This document shows positions 34,136-46,560 of a stretch of 64,000 nucleotides of DNA, piece by piece; the stretch's first letter is position 1; each line of letters opens with the position of its first letter. Made by a program: the position numbers and the translations under genes. The notes beneath the pieces are model-generated. The model searched no databases. It saw nothing but the letters and a program-made list of their open reading frames with translations, and had not been told where the DNA came from. Source of the DNA: Vitrella brassicaformis CCMP3155 (Eukaryota; Protista; Chromerida). The stretch covers positions 124,001-188,000 of the forward strand of contig CDMY01000347.1 of assembly GCA_001179505.1 (NCBI GenBank). Reading direction: 5' to 3'.

Positions 34136-36516
34136 ATATGTGCTTTATCCTTTTTTTTCTACCTTACTGACCTGCTTTCTCGGCCACCGAGAGAAAAGAA
34201 GGCCGATAACGGTGTAGCCAGACTTCTCTCGCCGAGCTGAAAGAGAAGGCAAAACGGACAGATGTCAAGTGTTCGTCACGATGTGAGGAGCCCTTGATGA
34301 CAGCCCAATCACATGGCTGACTGCTCGTAAGATCCGCATTTGTCTGAAAACACAAGTGTTCTTCTGCTGAAAAAGTCAGCAGGCATTCGCACGTAAGTAT
34401 ACAACTACCTTCATGTCTTTTGTGTGCGAATCTTCTTTTCGACCACACGGTTGTTGTCGTCGTGGTGAAACTTCCTGGTCAGCTGCAAGGGACAACAATG
34501 AATTGGATTATTTGATCTGATCTGTCTCTTCTCTCCCCTTTTTTTCGTCGTGAGAGGTCTATAAGGACACCCACGGCATCGAAATGCCCAATGCATTCAT
34601 CTTTACATATCATCCATACATCACACCATCAGCGCACCCAAGAGACATGATGCACGAGGCCACACTCAAATGCACTCACCTGTTGGAGGGCGGTTTGTGC
34701 GAGAAGAAGGTGCGTGCGCACTCTGCACGCGTCAGGCAGCTGCCAGCCGCTCTGCAGAAGGCAGGGCACCACCAAACGAGGCCTCGCCCGGGGCACGGCG
34801 GTGGAGGAAAAAAGTGGCGGATGAAAGTCGGACGAGTTGGGAGGGGTAGAGGGAGATGCGGCGGACAATACAAGCCAATAACCAGCCGAAAAGAAAAAGA
34901 ACCGGAGGATCTGTGGCTGAAACAAGGCTGGAAAGTCAAATGCGGGCGGAAAATATGAAAAATCGCTGTGGATTCTAAGCGCGGGCTTGTCTCCGTCTCA
35001 GCTCGCAAAAATCTCGCCTCACCTTCATTTTGCTTTCTGCGGACAAGCGAGGGCCATAGCAGGCAGGCAGGGGCGGAGAGGATGGCGGCTGCCATAGCTG
35101 AAGTCAGATTGCGCGAAATCCGCGCACTTTGACGAGATCTGTTCGCTTTGAGCCGCCCCGCCGACCGCAAATGGAGCTCTGCTGACTTCATTTGCGCCTG
35201 TTTGTAGAGGGCTTTCAGTTAACCTCTGTGCTTTACCAGGCAGCATTGTGGACCGAGACGCTTGCATTCTTGTTGACCTTTGCAATGGATGATTTGATGC
35301 CATGGATTGCTTGCATGAGTGTTTGCATGCTGATGCAGGTCACCTGCATGGCCTCGAGTGGATCCTTTCATGGACTCCAAGGAATGGCCTCGAGAATCGC
35401 ATCGCCTCACTCTCACTCTCACTCACTGACATCAGCAGTCCAGACACACATACACCGAACTCGCCTACTCAACACCTGGCACACAGCGATGGCATGGCCG
35501 GGCGCCAGCCGATAGATAGATTAGCCACCGAAAGCCGATAAAAGAGCAGTGAGAGCAGTGCTACCCATGGCCTTCTCTCTCATGTATGCACCCACATATG
35601 CCCTGCACGAAACGTGGAAGTCAGTGATGACCGGCGGCTGGGCGCTACTTGTGTCTTACCCATTTGGTGAGGCTCCATTGGGTCAATGGATAGGGTCACA
35701 TTGATCAAAAGCCGCCGGAAACAAGCCACACGCTTGTGTTCCCTCGTCCGCCCTCCAGAGCTCGCATGGGCCGCACGCCGCTCCTGACCAGACAAGGAGA
35801 GGGGTGGATGTCCGTGTGTTTGGCTTGTGTGTGCCATATTGACATCAGCCGGCACAGAACAGAACCATCAGTCCCTCACGCACTGCCTGCCGGCCACGGT
35901 GACCCGGCAAAGGGTAGCGGACACACACGTGATCACAGAGGTCCGCACATGACGTCCACGTTTGTCCTGTGAGCATACCATGACAACTAACATGGCGTCA
36001 CAAGGCCTTCGCCATCCCCTTTTGAACCTGCAGATGTGACAGGCAGGTTCAAATGACTGAATGACCGCCCCAGCCCATCCTGCCCGGTGGATACCGACCT
36101 GTTTGAGCCCATCGATGCGACCATCGCTGTTTGGTGTCTTGCGCGATGCGGAAAGGGCCCGTCGGGGGTAGGATGAGAGAGGTTGGTGAGTGGCGGTGCG
36201 GAAGCGGGTCGTCCACCGCCTTCCGGGGACTCCGATGCGCCGAGTACAGCTGAAACTTCTGCAGAACCTGCACAAGCATGCGCAGACACAAAGCAAAGGA
36301 GAAGGAATGCCCACCGGAGTGTGTCTGTGTCTTCCTTCTCCCCCTTCGACGGCGCAAGGGAGCGCCATGGCTGCAGCTGCTGCGGCCCCAGGACAGGACG
36401 GAAGCTTTGAGCTCGCATTGGCAACAGACACCGTTCCCTTTCTTACTGCATCGTTCTCATAGAATCTCTGAAGTGAGTGACCTCAGTTCCCCTTAGCGGC
36501 CAAGCAGGAGTCAGGA

Positions 36517-37740
36517 ATGGGCGACTCGCATGATCCTGGTGAGCTCCTTGCCCAGGAGCAGGAGGAGCAACCTCAGGCTGTCGTCGAGAAGCCTCGCCAG
36601 CAGCAGCGGAGCTTCCACTGGCACAGCTCGTCATCCACCCAGCAGCAGTATGGCGGCGGAGGGGGAGGGGGGGACGGATGCACCTACTCGACGCAGATAT
36701 CCACTCAGTGGTGAGCCAGGGCAGACAGGGAGACAAATCACGTGGCCTGTATGCTGTTGTGTTGTTGGCTCTCAGCCGGAATGACGGCAGCGGTCGGAAG
36801 TGTGAGACGATCAAGCGGGTGTTCAGACGGTGCCCTGGGAGGCCTCTGGTAAGACAGGCACAGACACATCCAATCCAGCAGGGTCGCCATCATGTGTGCG
36901 CTCTGCTCGTTCAGGAAGAGGTAGAGTGCACGAGGGAGACGACAGACGGGGACGACGCGCCGCTGTCAGATGCGCCGTCATCCTTCTCCATCTTTGGGTC
37001 CGACAACAGCTTACCTTCGGCAGCCATGGACTTTGACGCGTTTGCTGACCCTTCCCGCTTCTTCAACCGTGTGTTCAACGACGACGCCGGCATATTCGGC
37101 GGCATGTTCGGCCCGTCCCTCTTCGACCGGCTCCTGGGTTTCGGTCATCAGGACGGCAATGGTGGAGTGGACGATGGCGATGCTCTCGGTGGCGTGCCTG
37201 GGTTCCCATTTGGCGGCATGGGGTGGGGAGGGGAGGGGGAGGACCCGGCCGCGGTAAGTGAAGCAGACACAGCGAGAGAGAGTGATGCGTCATGAGATGA
37301 GCTCGTATGTGTTGTGTGTCATCTGTGTCGGTTCGGCAGGCCCCGCACCAGTCGGAGCCTCCATCCCGCGGCGTTGTGGACGACTTCATGCGGTCGTTCT
37401 TTGGTGGTACGGAAAGCGACACTAACTACATCACACATGACAGCACCACTCATTGCATGCCCGTGTCTGTCACTTGGTCCGTTCAGTGTACCCCAATCAG
37501 CAGCACCGTTCATCCTTCCCGCCGCCCAGCGCCCCCCGCGACTTGGATGATGACGGCGGGCAGCTGGTCATGCAGCGGAGGCACCCCATGGCGTTCCTCT
37601 TCCCCAGGGTATTTTTCGTCCCACACGACCACGGCATGCAGGGACCCTCTCAGAGGCGCAGGTGAACACAGCCACGGGCAGAAAGAGACCGGGACACGTA
37701 GCAGATTCGGCATTGTGTTTGTTGTTGTGTTCGTGTGTGT

Positions 37741-37776
<36 letters not shown>

Positions 37777-37813
37777 GGGTGAGGAGTATCCAGAGGGGTG
37801 CTTCGAGGTCTGA
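36517..37813 (+). CDS. Mal d 1/Fra a 1-associated-protein (MdAP)-like protein, multi-exon
   Basis: Spliced reading: DGCTYSTQISTQC|RNDGSGRKCETIKRVFRRCPGRPL|EEVECTRETTDGDD, followed by Phe/Gly-rich low-complexity exons and ending EEYPEGCFEV*. The Cys spacing C..QCR..RKCE..R.C.GRP.E matches my recollection of plant MdAP. Confidence 0.55.
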
Positions 37814-38812
37814 TCTCACGCCAAGCGATGTTTGCTTTTTGTGGGGGCCGAAGGCTACCACCCGAGACAGTTGGCTGGACGCCTGTGTTTCTCTGTGTTG
37901 TGTACTGCCGATTGCTTGCCGTGTTGGTTGTGTTGGCGTTCCGCTTCCAGTGGCGCTGATGGCTCTGCCTGAGCCCGATGCTGCCCTCCTTTCGGAACAG
38001 CATCGGGCTAGCAGTCCGTCACCGTCTGTGGAAGCGGGACACATCACACGCACCACTTTGTTCATGACGAAACGAGGGAGAAAGCAAGTCTGTGTCTGCG
38101 ACGTTCTCATTCTCGGTTCTCTCTTCTTCGCGGCTGGTGGCGGACGGTGATTTCTGTGAGCCCAGCGCAGTTCTGGACGCACAGAACTCACTTCTCGCCA
38201 TGGACGCACAGAAGGGGAGCTGAGTCTTTGAGAGGGCTCATTCATTCTTGTGTTCATGTGGGTGCCGAGGCAGTGATGAGGCGTGGCGGAGATGACTTGG
38301 GTGGGTGTGACTCGACACGACACCACACGACCCCGTGACTAAGTGACCATTTTGTGTGAATCTGACTGACTTCACGAATCGAGAATCCATTGATTGAGTG
38401 TGGCTGGCTGGGCTGTACCAGCCACACCCGCACATGCGTGTGTGCATGGGGTCTGCTGCTCCATGCAGCACACGGAGCTCATCCGGTCCATCCACACCAC
38501 ACGTCCACTGCACACGCAGACATGCTCACCAACGAGCTTGTGGTGGCAAAACAAGACGACATCAGCCAGCCAGCCACACTCAGACTCAGATCGGCCGATA
38601 GATAGACCTACAGAGCGGAGCGCTACCACCATCCATAATCCATCGATGCAATGTAATTCCCCCGCCTACCAATAAACATTAGGCTGTTGCAATAACCGAC
38701 CATTCCACATAATACCAATCCAATACACACATTCATTGCATCGACCGACCGCCTGACAAAACACCGACCCCACCCAGACACACAACACGCAACAGACAAC
38801 GACAGCCATGCA

Positions 38813-40037
38813 TTACGAGCCGACCATGGTCGCAGAAAAAGTCGTCTTCTCTTTCCACGCAGACGAGAGCGGCGCTCGCTCGGCCTTCTTGGCGTCGGTC
38901 GGGACCTTCAGCCGCATCCCAGCCCCGCCATTGCTGTCGGTGTCGCTCTCGGTGTCGATGGCATCCGCGAAGACGTCTGTGGAGAAATAAGGGGTCGTGA
39001 AATATTCGTAGAAGGACATTGAGGGCGTGATGGACGGCGAGCCGGGCACAGAGGGCGAGAGCTTCTGCTGAGCAGAGTGGAACGACGTGGGGTCAATGGC
39101 GATGTCGCGCAGCCGCGTGATGGCCGCAAAGAGGGCGTGGAAGACCAGATGGCTGAAGAGAATGAGCGTCAGCACCACAGTGGCCGCCGAGGTTGAGAGG
39201 TCGATGGGCACCGAGGGAATGACACCGAAGCGCAGGATCATCGCCCACCCATAGAGCAGCACCACCGACATGGTCGCCCAGACGTGGGTCATGAGGATGG
39301 GCACGCGGCTGCACAGGAGCTCCGCCATGAGGAAGACCACGTTGAGGCCGTGCTGGTTGAGTGAGGGGAACCCCAGCCACTCCTGACGCTCACTCGGACT
39401 GCTCAACGGATAAATGTACGTCTGACACACCGACCGCACACACGCACAGACAGACAGACAGACAGACACAGACAAGTCACGTCACCTACGTCAGGGCCAC
39501 ACAGCCACCCTCCATGTGATGTGCGTCTTGACGTACCCAGAAAACAACTGCAACGACCGCCGCTGCCGCCATCTGCTTCTGGTAGATGATCCAGAGCATC
39601 ACCCGATACCACTTCCAGAAGGCGCCTCGGAGGGCCATCCGGCAGACCACCCGCAGCAGCGAGTAGAGGGTCAACATGGCCGTCATGACCGTCAGGAAGC
39701 CATAGGTCCAGATGGTGTAGAACGACCACAGAGGGAAGGGCGGCACGAACCGTGGTGTGCGGGAGAACATGACGCACCAGACGTTGACCGTCCAGACGAG
39801 CGTGAAGGCCCGCAGCACCAGCAGGTGGTGCGGCTGGATGAAGGGCGAGAAGAGAAAGGGGTCCTTGAGGCCGCCCGGCCGGCCGGTGAGAATGAGGCGC
39901 GATAGGCCCCACTGTAGGCGCCGCCTTCGCTTGGCGGACCAGACAATGCCCACGAGGACGGCCGGGAAGAGACACATGAACACCCTCGCGGACACGGCGA
40001 TCTCGCCCCATCCGCGAGGCTTCCAATGGAGTCCCAT
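38813..40037 (-). CDS. Multi-pass membrane protein, rolling-stone/FAR-17a-AIG1-like
   Basis: Several hydrophobic helices with LLVLRAF, SFYTIWTY, VVAVVFW and NQHGLNVVFLMAELL motifs across ORFs 39486-40370 and 38813-39475. The start may lie further upstream (up to 40331). Confidence 0.55.
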
Positions 40038-40390
40038 CTGGTGCCTCGCTGTCTGCCTGAAACACACAGACAGACGCCTGTGATGTGATGACTGTCTTCC
40101 TTTCAGGTGGGTCATAGTTGTGTGTTTGCTTCTTGCCTTTGGGACTGTCGTGTGATTGGTTTCTTGGAAAAACAGGAGCAGTGCCTCAGTCAGCTTCACT
40201 GAGCGACTGAGGGCTGCTCTTCCTCCTTTTCCTTCGCTTCCCAGGCGCTGGTTGCAAGCTTTGGGTCGAATTCGAAAGAAAAGGGGCTGAACAACGAAGT
40301 CCAAGGGGCCCTGCTGGTGCGGCTTGCGCATCTGTTCACGTTGAATGGTCTTGTGTTGATCTGTTGACATTTTGAGGCGTTTATCTGCAC

Positions 40391-41555
40391 ATGGAGAAGG
40401 CTGTGGTGGACAAGCCGAGGCTCAGGGTGGCGCTGCTCGTCACCGAGGATGACCAGGTGAGCAGCATCTGCCGATGCATGACAGAGATCATGCAGGAGAA
40501 ATGCATCCTTTGGTGCAGGTCTATGGTGTGCACATCGTGGATATGTTTCGGGAGTGGCTGGAGGATGCCATGGATGGCTCAACAATCCTCTGCATGGACG
40601 CCTTTGACGCCAAGAAGATGGAGTGGCCCGCGCAGCACACGTGGCAGCAATACGATGGTACCAGCCCATGTGACAAAAAGGACTGTGGTACGTGCGTGTG
40701 TGTGTGTGTGTGCGTGTGTCTGTGTCAGGCTTCATTATCCCCGGCTCGTTGAACAGCGCCTACGATAAGGAGCCGTGGATAGAAGAGCTGGCTCGTGTGG
40801 TGAGTGAGCCACTCCACACATCACACACACAGACAGAACGACACACAGCCGAGTGGATGGTTGATCTGTGTGGTGTGTTGTCCGTCCACCGCGCTGCATC
40901 CCCCTCCCTTGCTGCAGATACAGAAGCTCCACGCCGACCGCACCCCATTCCTTGGTGTGTGCTTCGGCCACCAGCTGGCCGCCCAGGCCCTCGGCGGCCG
41001 AGTGAAGAAGAATCCAATGGGCACGCAGTTCTCACGAATCACCACCCCCCTCATTAACACCGCCCCGGCCGCCCTCCCTCTTCCTCTTGTGAAGGATAAT
41101 GCGTCAGGTGGCGAGATCAGCCTGCTGTATTCCCATGACGATGTCGTCGTGGAGGCGCCCAGTGTTGGCGTGTCGCTGGGAGGGACGGAGGCCTGTCCGG
41201 TTATAGGAGTGGCCTATGGGAGCCCGCCCTTCGCTATCACAGTGCAGGGCCATCCAGAATTCAACACCAAGACAGGTACGTACCTGCACACCACACAGAG
41301 GAGCCGACGTGGGAAAGGCGATTGTTTTGGTGTTCCATATGTGTGTGTGTGTGTGTGCGTGTCGGTGGATCAGGGAAGGGCTGTCTGGACGTCATATTTG
41401 AGTACTACGTCAAGGTCGGCAAGGCGACCCCTGAGCAAGTTGAGGAGGGCAGGCGGCGGGCGGCAGAGCCCACAGATGCGCACCATGTGGCCAAGGCTGT
41501 AATTGGGCTCTTCTCGAGGAGGGAGGGAAGATCAGACTCATTGAGTAGGGGGTAG
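40391..41555 (+). CDS. Class I glutamine amidotransferase-like protein, multi-exon
   Basis: IIPGSLNSAYDKEPWI, nucleophile elbow LGVCFGHQLAAQALGG, LLYSHDDVV and catalytic QGHPEF. Confidence 0.92.
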
Positions 41556-41734
41556 CAAGTGTGCCGGTGTCCGTTTTGTTTGTCGGTGGTGTTTGTTTAT
41601 TGAGTGGACAGCGCGTGATGGATGCACTCGATAGATAAACAAGTGAGTGTTTCGTGAACGATTTGTCAACAACACACAGGCATCCAATCCGTCCGTCCAC
41701 ACGCAATGCAATGCACACGCCGTTAGTCAGTCGG

Positions 41735-43659
41735 TCACAAATCCTGTGTTACCACGTGCTGAAATACCTCCACATCCTCCGCCATCACCCACCCCTTGAC
41801 GCCCCTCTCCTCACCCCAGGCCACCTCAAACCGCACAGCCCGCACGTCGCCACCTTGACCCACCTCCAAGGCATCACCCACACGCAGCGGCCCCCCAGCA
41901 CCACACACCGCAATGGGGTATGTCGCCGTGTCGAGGGTCGTCACATCCATCGCCGGCTGGATGTGGCTGAATGTCACCATGACGGCGGATTGGCCGCCTG
42001 AGTGTGTGTCTGTGTCTGTTTGCGTGGGGGTCGGGTGGATGAGGGCGGCGAGGTGGTAGAGGTCGGTCTCGAGTGTGAGGAGCAGCACCAGCGGCTGTGT
42101 GAGGGCAGACGGGGCGAAGTGGCCTGCATAGGGAAGGGGAAGGGACGCCAAGAGACACACAGAACAGGAAACCGGTCTCGCGCCCCACACCACACAACGC
42201 CACCGGGCCCGCCAGCCATGTTTGAGAAGGCGAAGTTGTCATTGGAACCCCTGATGAGATGAGGGGCAGAAAACACGAGAGGCATGGCATCCATACACAC
42301 ATGAAATACGCCCACACATTGACTACCCTTCCGTCCTCCCACTCATTCACTTGTATAGCGTCTTCAGCGTGCCTTTGACGCCCATCTGCCCCTCCACCCA
42401 CTGCGTCAGTATGCCCTTGACACCCACCACGCCCATACTCGGAGGCTGCTGCTCTGCCCCACCACATGAGCCGTCAACCATCGAAGCGACCGAAGTCAGC
42501 CATCTGCAATCAAAACAAACAGAGAAACAATCACCCGTCTCCATCTTATCTGAGAGGACGTACGCACCCGGACTGGCTGGGAAACGATGCAGTCGGTGTA
42601 CATTGCTGATGTGTTGGGATGCCGAGACCCCTTCCCAGACCACTCCCCCTGCCGAGCAAAGGCCGACCGATGTGGACGTCACCTGCAGACGATGATTTGG
42701 CTGCCGGTGGTGGGGTGGGAGGGGGCGGAGGGGGCGGTGGAGGGGGAGGGGGAGGAAGGGGTGGAGGGGCCGGCCGGTCAATAACGTCAGAAGAATGCAC
42801 AGACGACACGACGGAACTGGCGTGGCATGACGCTGAGGGCGAGGGGGCCCTCGCGGGCTCCTGCTGATGCTGTTGCTGCTGGTGGTGATGGTTGTGTGTG
42901 TTGGGTGGTGTGATGTCGATGATGAGCTGCAGGAGCGCGCGGATGGCACTGCTCTCCGCCTGCTGGCAATGCTGCTGCTCACGGATGTCACTCAAAACCT
43001 GACAGAGAGACACGCTCACAGAGAGAGAGACAGAGAGAGAATTCATGTGTTCCGCACCTTATCGATCTCGTTTTGTTTGTCTTGGAGGGCGGCCAGACGG
43101 GCCACCAGGTCTGTCACACGGCTATCGATACACGAGTAGGCCTGCAGGCACAATGTCCGTCATGCAACGAAAGGTGCAAGAGAGAATGGTCGGCCATGTG
43201 GTGCTGTACGTGCAGGTAGGTACCTCTGTGTCTGCTGTGTATGTGGGTGGGGTGGTTTCGTCGCTTCTTTGCACGCGGGCCAGCTGCTGCTCCAGCTCCT
43301 CAACACGACTTCTCAGTGCTGCCACTTCCTGCACAAAACGGCCATGGTCCATCCATCCATTCATTCCATCCGCCCCAGGGCCTGCCCCGTTGTGTGGCCG
43401 ACCTGTTTGTGTGTGTGGATGTTGTTGTACTGCATGTTGGTCAGGGTGGCCTCGAAGACATCCATGCGATTCGACAGGTGATGCGCATGCAACATCGCCT
43501 GCAGTGCGGCACAGCACAGGCAACCACCACAGCTAGGTGGACGCATCCTCAATTCACTGCAGGCTCACTCACAGCGTCAGGATGACGGCCAGGCGGCGGC
43601 CTGGGCGGCTTGGATCTGAGCAGCTCCACCACCTCGTCAGCAACCTTCTCTGCCGTCAT
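41735..43659 (-). CDS. Hypothetical multi-exon protein with coiled-coil and poly-Pro segments
   Basis: Exon-like blocks separated by microsatellite introns: MTAEKVADEVVELLRSKPP, EVAALRSRVEELEQQLAR, PPPLPPPPPPPPPPPPPTPPP and GGPLRVGDALEVGQGGDVRAVRFEVAWGEERGVKGW. I recognise no family. Confidence 0.5.
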
Positions 43660-43745
43660 TTCCATTCACAGAGTGAATGTTTACAGGTGCCGTGAAACAA
43701 TGATGAATGGGTGGAGCCCCTTGACTAGATGATGGCCTCCCTGTC

Positions 43746-44294
43746 ATGCATATCTCGTCGGTGAACTGCAGCCCAGCACCAGCGAAGCAAAATGGTTCTC
43801 GTCCCACCCTGCTACCCCATCTCTCATCTCGCTATCTCTTGCGCCGCGTCCTCGGCGTCGCCTTGTGGCTGTACGCCTGCGAGTATCTACGGCGCCGCAA
43901 GTACGGCCTCTCCACCCGCGGCATCCTGCACAGAGATCTCGGGGAGCTCGTCGCTCTTGTTCGATGGTTCGTCAACAGATCCTGCAGCCGCCTCGATGCA
44001 TTCGACATGGCGCTGCTGACCCTTGTCGCGTACGTGGCCATCTCGCGAGCCGTCAGGGCCATCTCCGCTCTCACGCCTGTCGTTGTGCACATGCGGGCGG
44101 CCATCTGCAGGGGCGTTCAGCAAGTCCAGCTGATGTGGACGCACGTCGTGACGGGAGATGTGGAGAGGCGGCCGCGGTTTTCGAGTGTGGAGATCTTTTT
44201 GCATCGGCCGAATGGGGAGGAGCGGTGTCTGCGGGCGCGTGTGCAGGGGTATCTGAGGCAGCGGGATGATGAACATACGCCTGACGGAGGCTGA
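43746..44294 (+). CDS. Hypothetical intronless protein with two hydrophobic segments
   Basis: 182-aa ATG-initiated ORF free of microsatellites, with hydrophobic stretches VLGVALWLYA and MALLTLVAYVAIS. No family recognised. Confidence 0.4.
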   Translation: MHISSVNCSPAPAKQNGSRPTLLPHLSSRYLLRRVLGVALWLYACEYLRRRKYGLSTRGILHRDLGELVALVRWFVNRSCSRLDAFDMALLTLVAYVAISRAVRAISALTPVVVHMRAAICRGVQQVQLMWTHVVTGDVERRPRFSSVEIFLHRPNGEERCLRARVQGYLRQRDDEHTPDGG

Positions 44295-45044
44295 GCGGAG
44301 CGGGTCGAGAGGATGGCGTGTCTGTCTGAACACAAGGGCTTTTTGGTTGTCGCGCTGGTCAGCCAAGCGCCTGTTGCTGGCGGACTCTTGTGCATGCCTT
44401 TTTCGGTTCGTCTTATGTGGCCTAGCCATGTTGATGGGTCCGGTCGATGCGGGGGCTGTGGTTGCACAGGGGCATTCTTCCTTCCACTGTGAGGACTACC
44501 TCTTGTCGATCTCTCCATCGAGAGGAGGTGTTGCTCACCGTCGAGGGGACAGTATCCCTGTGCGCCGCGCCGTTGAGGGACAGCACCAGCCAAACACGCC
44601 CTTTGCATGACATCAACACTGACGTACAAACAAATGCTCTGATCCTCTGGTGCATTGAGGTTTCGTAGTCCGAGTCGACTGACAGCCACCACTCACACAC
44701 ACGACTACACTCAAGGCAAATCGAGCCTCTTATCTCTCTGCCTCATCTCATCTCATCCACACACATACACACACCGATGACCGCCGCACACACACATACA
44801 CACAGTAATACATCAATCGTCGCTGACTTCACTGCACCAAATGAGTTCATTGCCGGCAAATCGCTCCCAACCGGACAGTCAGCCATTCATTTTGTTACAC
44901 TTCCACCTCTGGCGTGAGCGGCACCTTGTCAGTCCGCTGGGCTGCAGCCAACCACACACAATACAGCACAGACATTACAGCTGCGGTATTGTGTGTGGCT
45001 GTGCTGTGTGTTGCACCGTGTATATGCTGCCTGGCCTGGATGGC

Positions 45045-45229
45045 TCACTCACTCACTGCCTCACCGAGCTGCAGGTGTGCGTATTCGGGCGGCACTTCCG
45101 ACTCGGAGCTGTAGAAGATGTAGCTGAGGGTGATGTTCTCGACCACGTCAAGCCGAGGGTCCTCCATGATCTCGGGGTCGATGAAGAAAAACACCGGCAT
45201 GTCGATCTCCTCACCTGGTCCCACACACA

Positions 45230-45287
<58 letters not shown>

Positions 45288-46375
45288 GTTTGGGTACCGT
45301 ACCTGGGTTGAGCAGCTGTTCCTCAAAGCAGAAGCACTGGATTTTGTTGAAGTAGATGCCAATCTCGGGCGGCATGCAGCTATACAGCGACATGCCTACA
45401 CACACACACACACACACACCGGCCATCCATCCATCCATCCAGCTCCCTCCCTCCCTCCCTCCCTCCCCCCCTGTCTGTCTGTTGCTCTCGTACCGACCGA
45501 TGAGTGGTTCGTTGGTGAGGTTTTTGGCCTTGAAGAATGCCAGGGCCGTCTCGCCCGGCGTGACGACAATCCGCTTCTGGCAGGGTTTGAACTCCCACGG
45601 GAAATCGCCGCCCAGCGTCGCCACAAAGTCCACAGTCAGCAGCTTCTTGGACGCCTTGGCTGGTGGGTGGGGGGACCATACACACACACACGCACACACA
45701 CGCGCACACGCACACATACATAAGCTGCCTGCCTGCCTGCCTGCCTTCCGCATCGATGTGTGTGCGCGTGTGTGGTTACACACATGTTGGGTTTGGCGGC
45801 GGTGCGTAATCCTTGTGGACTTGTGTGGTGCCGTCGTAGCCGGTGGTCTGGCAGAATAGGTCGTAGAGGGGCGTGAAGGCCATAGTCATCCCCGCCGAGG
45901 ACAGCATGATCGTCACCAACACAAAGGGCACCGGCGTGTTGTGCTTGCGCTTGAACAGCCTCAACCGCTTGATACGCTGCATCAGCCGCTCCCCGCCGTC
46001 ACGCTCACGCAGAAGCGGAGACGATGCCGAGTATGGCGACTGCAGCAGCGGACGGCTGGCCGTCACAAACGAGCGGTAAGAGGCCGGCATCGGTCCAGAG
46101 GGGGAGGAGATCAGCACTCGAGTGAAGGTGGCAAGGGAGGACGGGGCGGCCGAGCGAGAGCCCCTGGGGTGGAAACACGGCCATTGCGCCTGCTGCTGTC
46201 GTCGGCAGAGCCCTCTCGAGGCCGTCATCATCGAGCCGCATGAGTTGAGAACGACAGAGCCGACAGACCGGCCTCGTAACGCCGCTGTGGGTGCCGATGG
46301 GGTGGCGTGTGCCGCCTGCCGTCCCGCTGAGGCGCTTCGCGCCAGCGAGGCAGACAAACCACCGCCGAGTTGCAT
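45045..46375 (-). CDS. COX11: Cytochrome c oxidase assembly protein COX11/CtaG
   Basis: PLYDLFCQTTGYDGT, PWEFKPCQKRIVVTPGETALAFF, YFNKIQCFCFEEQLLNPG|EEIDMPVFFFIDP and ITLSYIF. The CFCF copper motif is intact. Confidence 0.97.
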
Positions 46376-46560
46376 TCTTCGGTTCTCTGGTTGACGGGAT
46401 CTGCCGTCAGCTACGTCATGATGTCAGCTGAGTGCCGTGTGGCGGTCCCGTTTTCCTTTTTGTTTCGCCTCCTCTCGCAGCTGAGCTCGCAGGGTCGCTC
46501 TCTCTGAACCTTTCCCTTTCTGGTTTCCTTCGTTTGGTGTGATTGCTGGTCGTCCTCATC

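Noticed and set aside
35868-36431. Possible small minus-strand gene divergent from the MdAP-like gene
   Set aside because: Splice-like signals are present but three frames are equally plausible and no motif supports any of them.
17648-41555. Metabolic cluster linking argG, 2OG oxygenase and glutamine amidotransferase
   Set aside because: The genes are separated by unrelated genes and a Helitron, and share no pathway I can support. Only the argG/2OG head-to-head arrangement is real.
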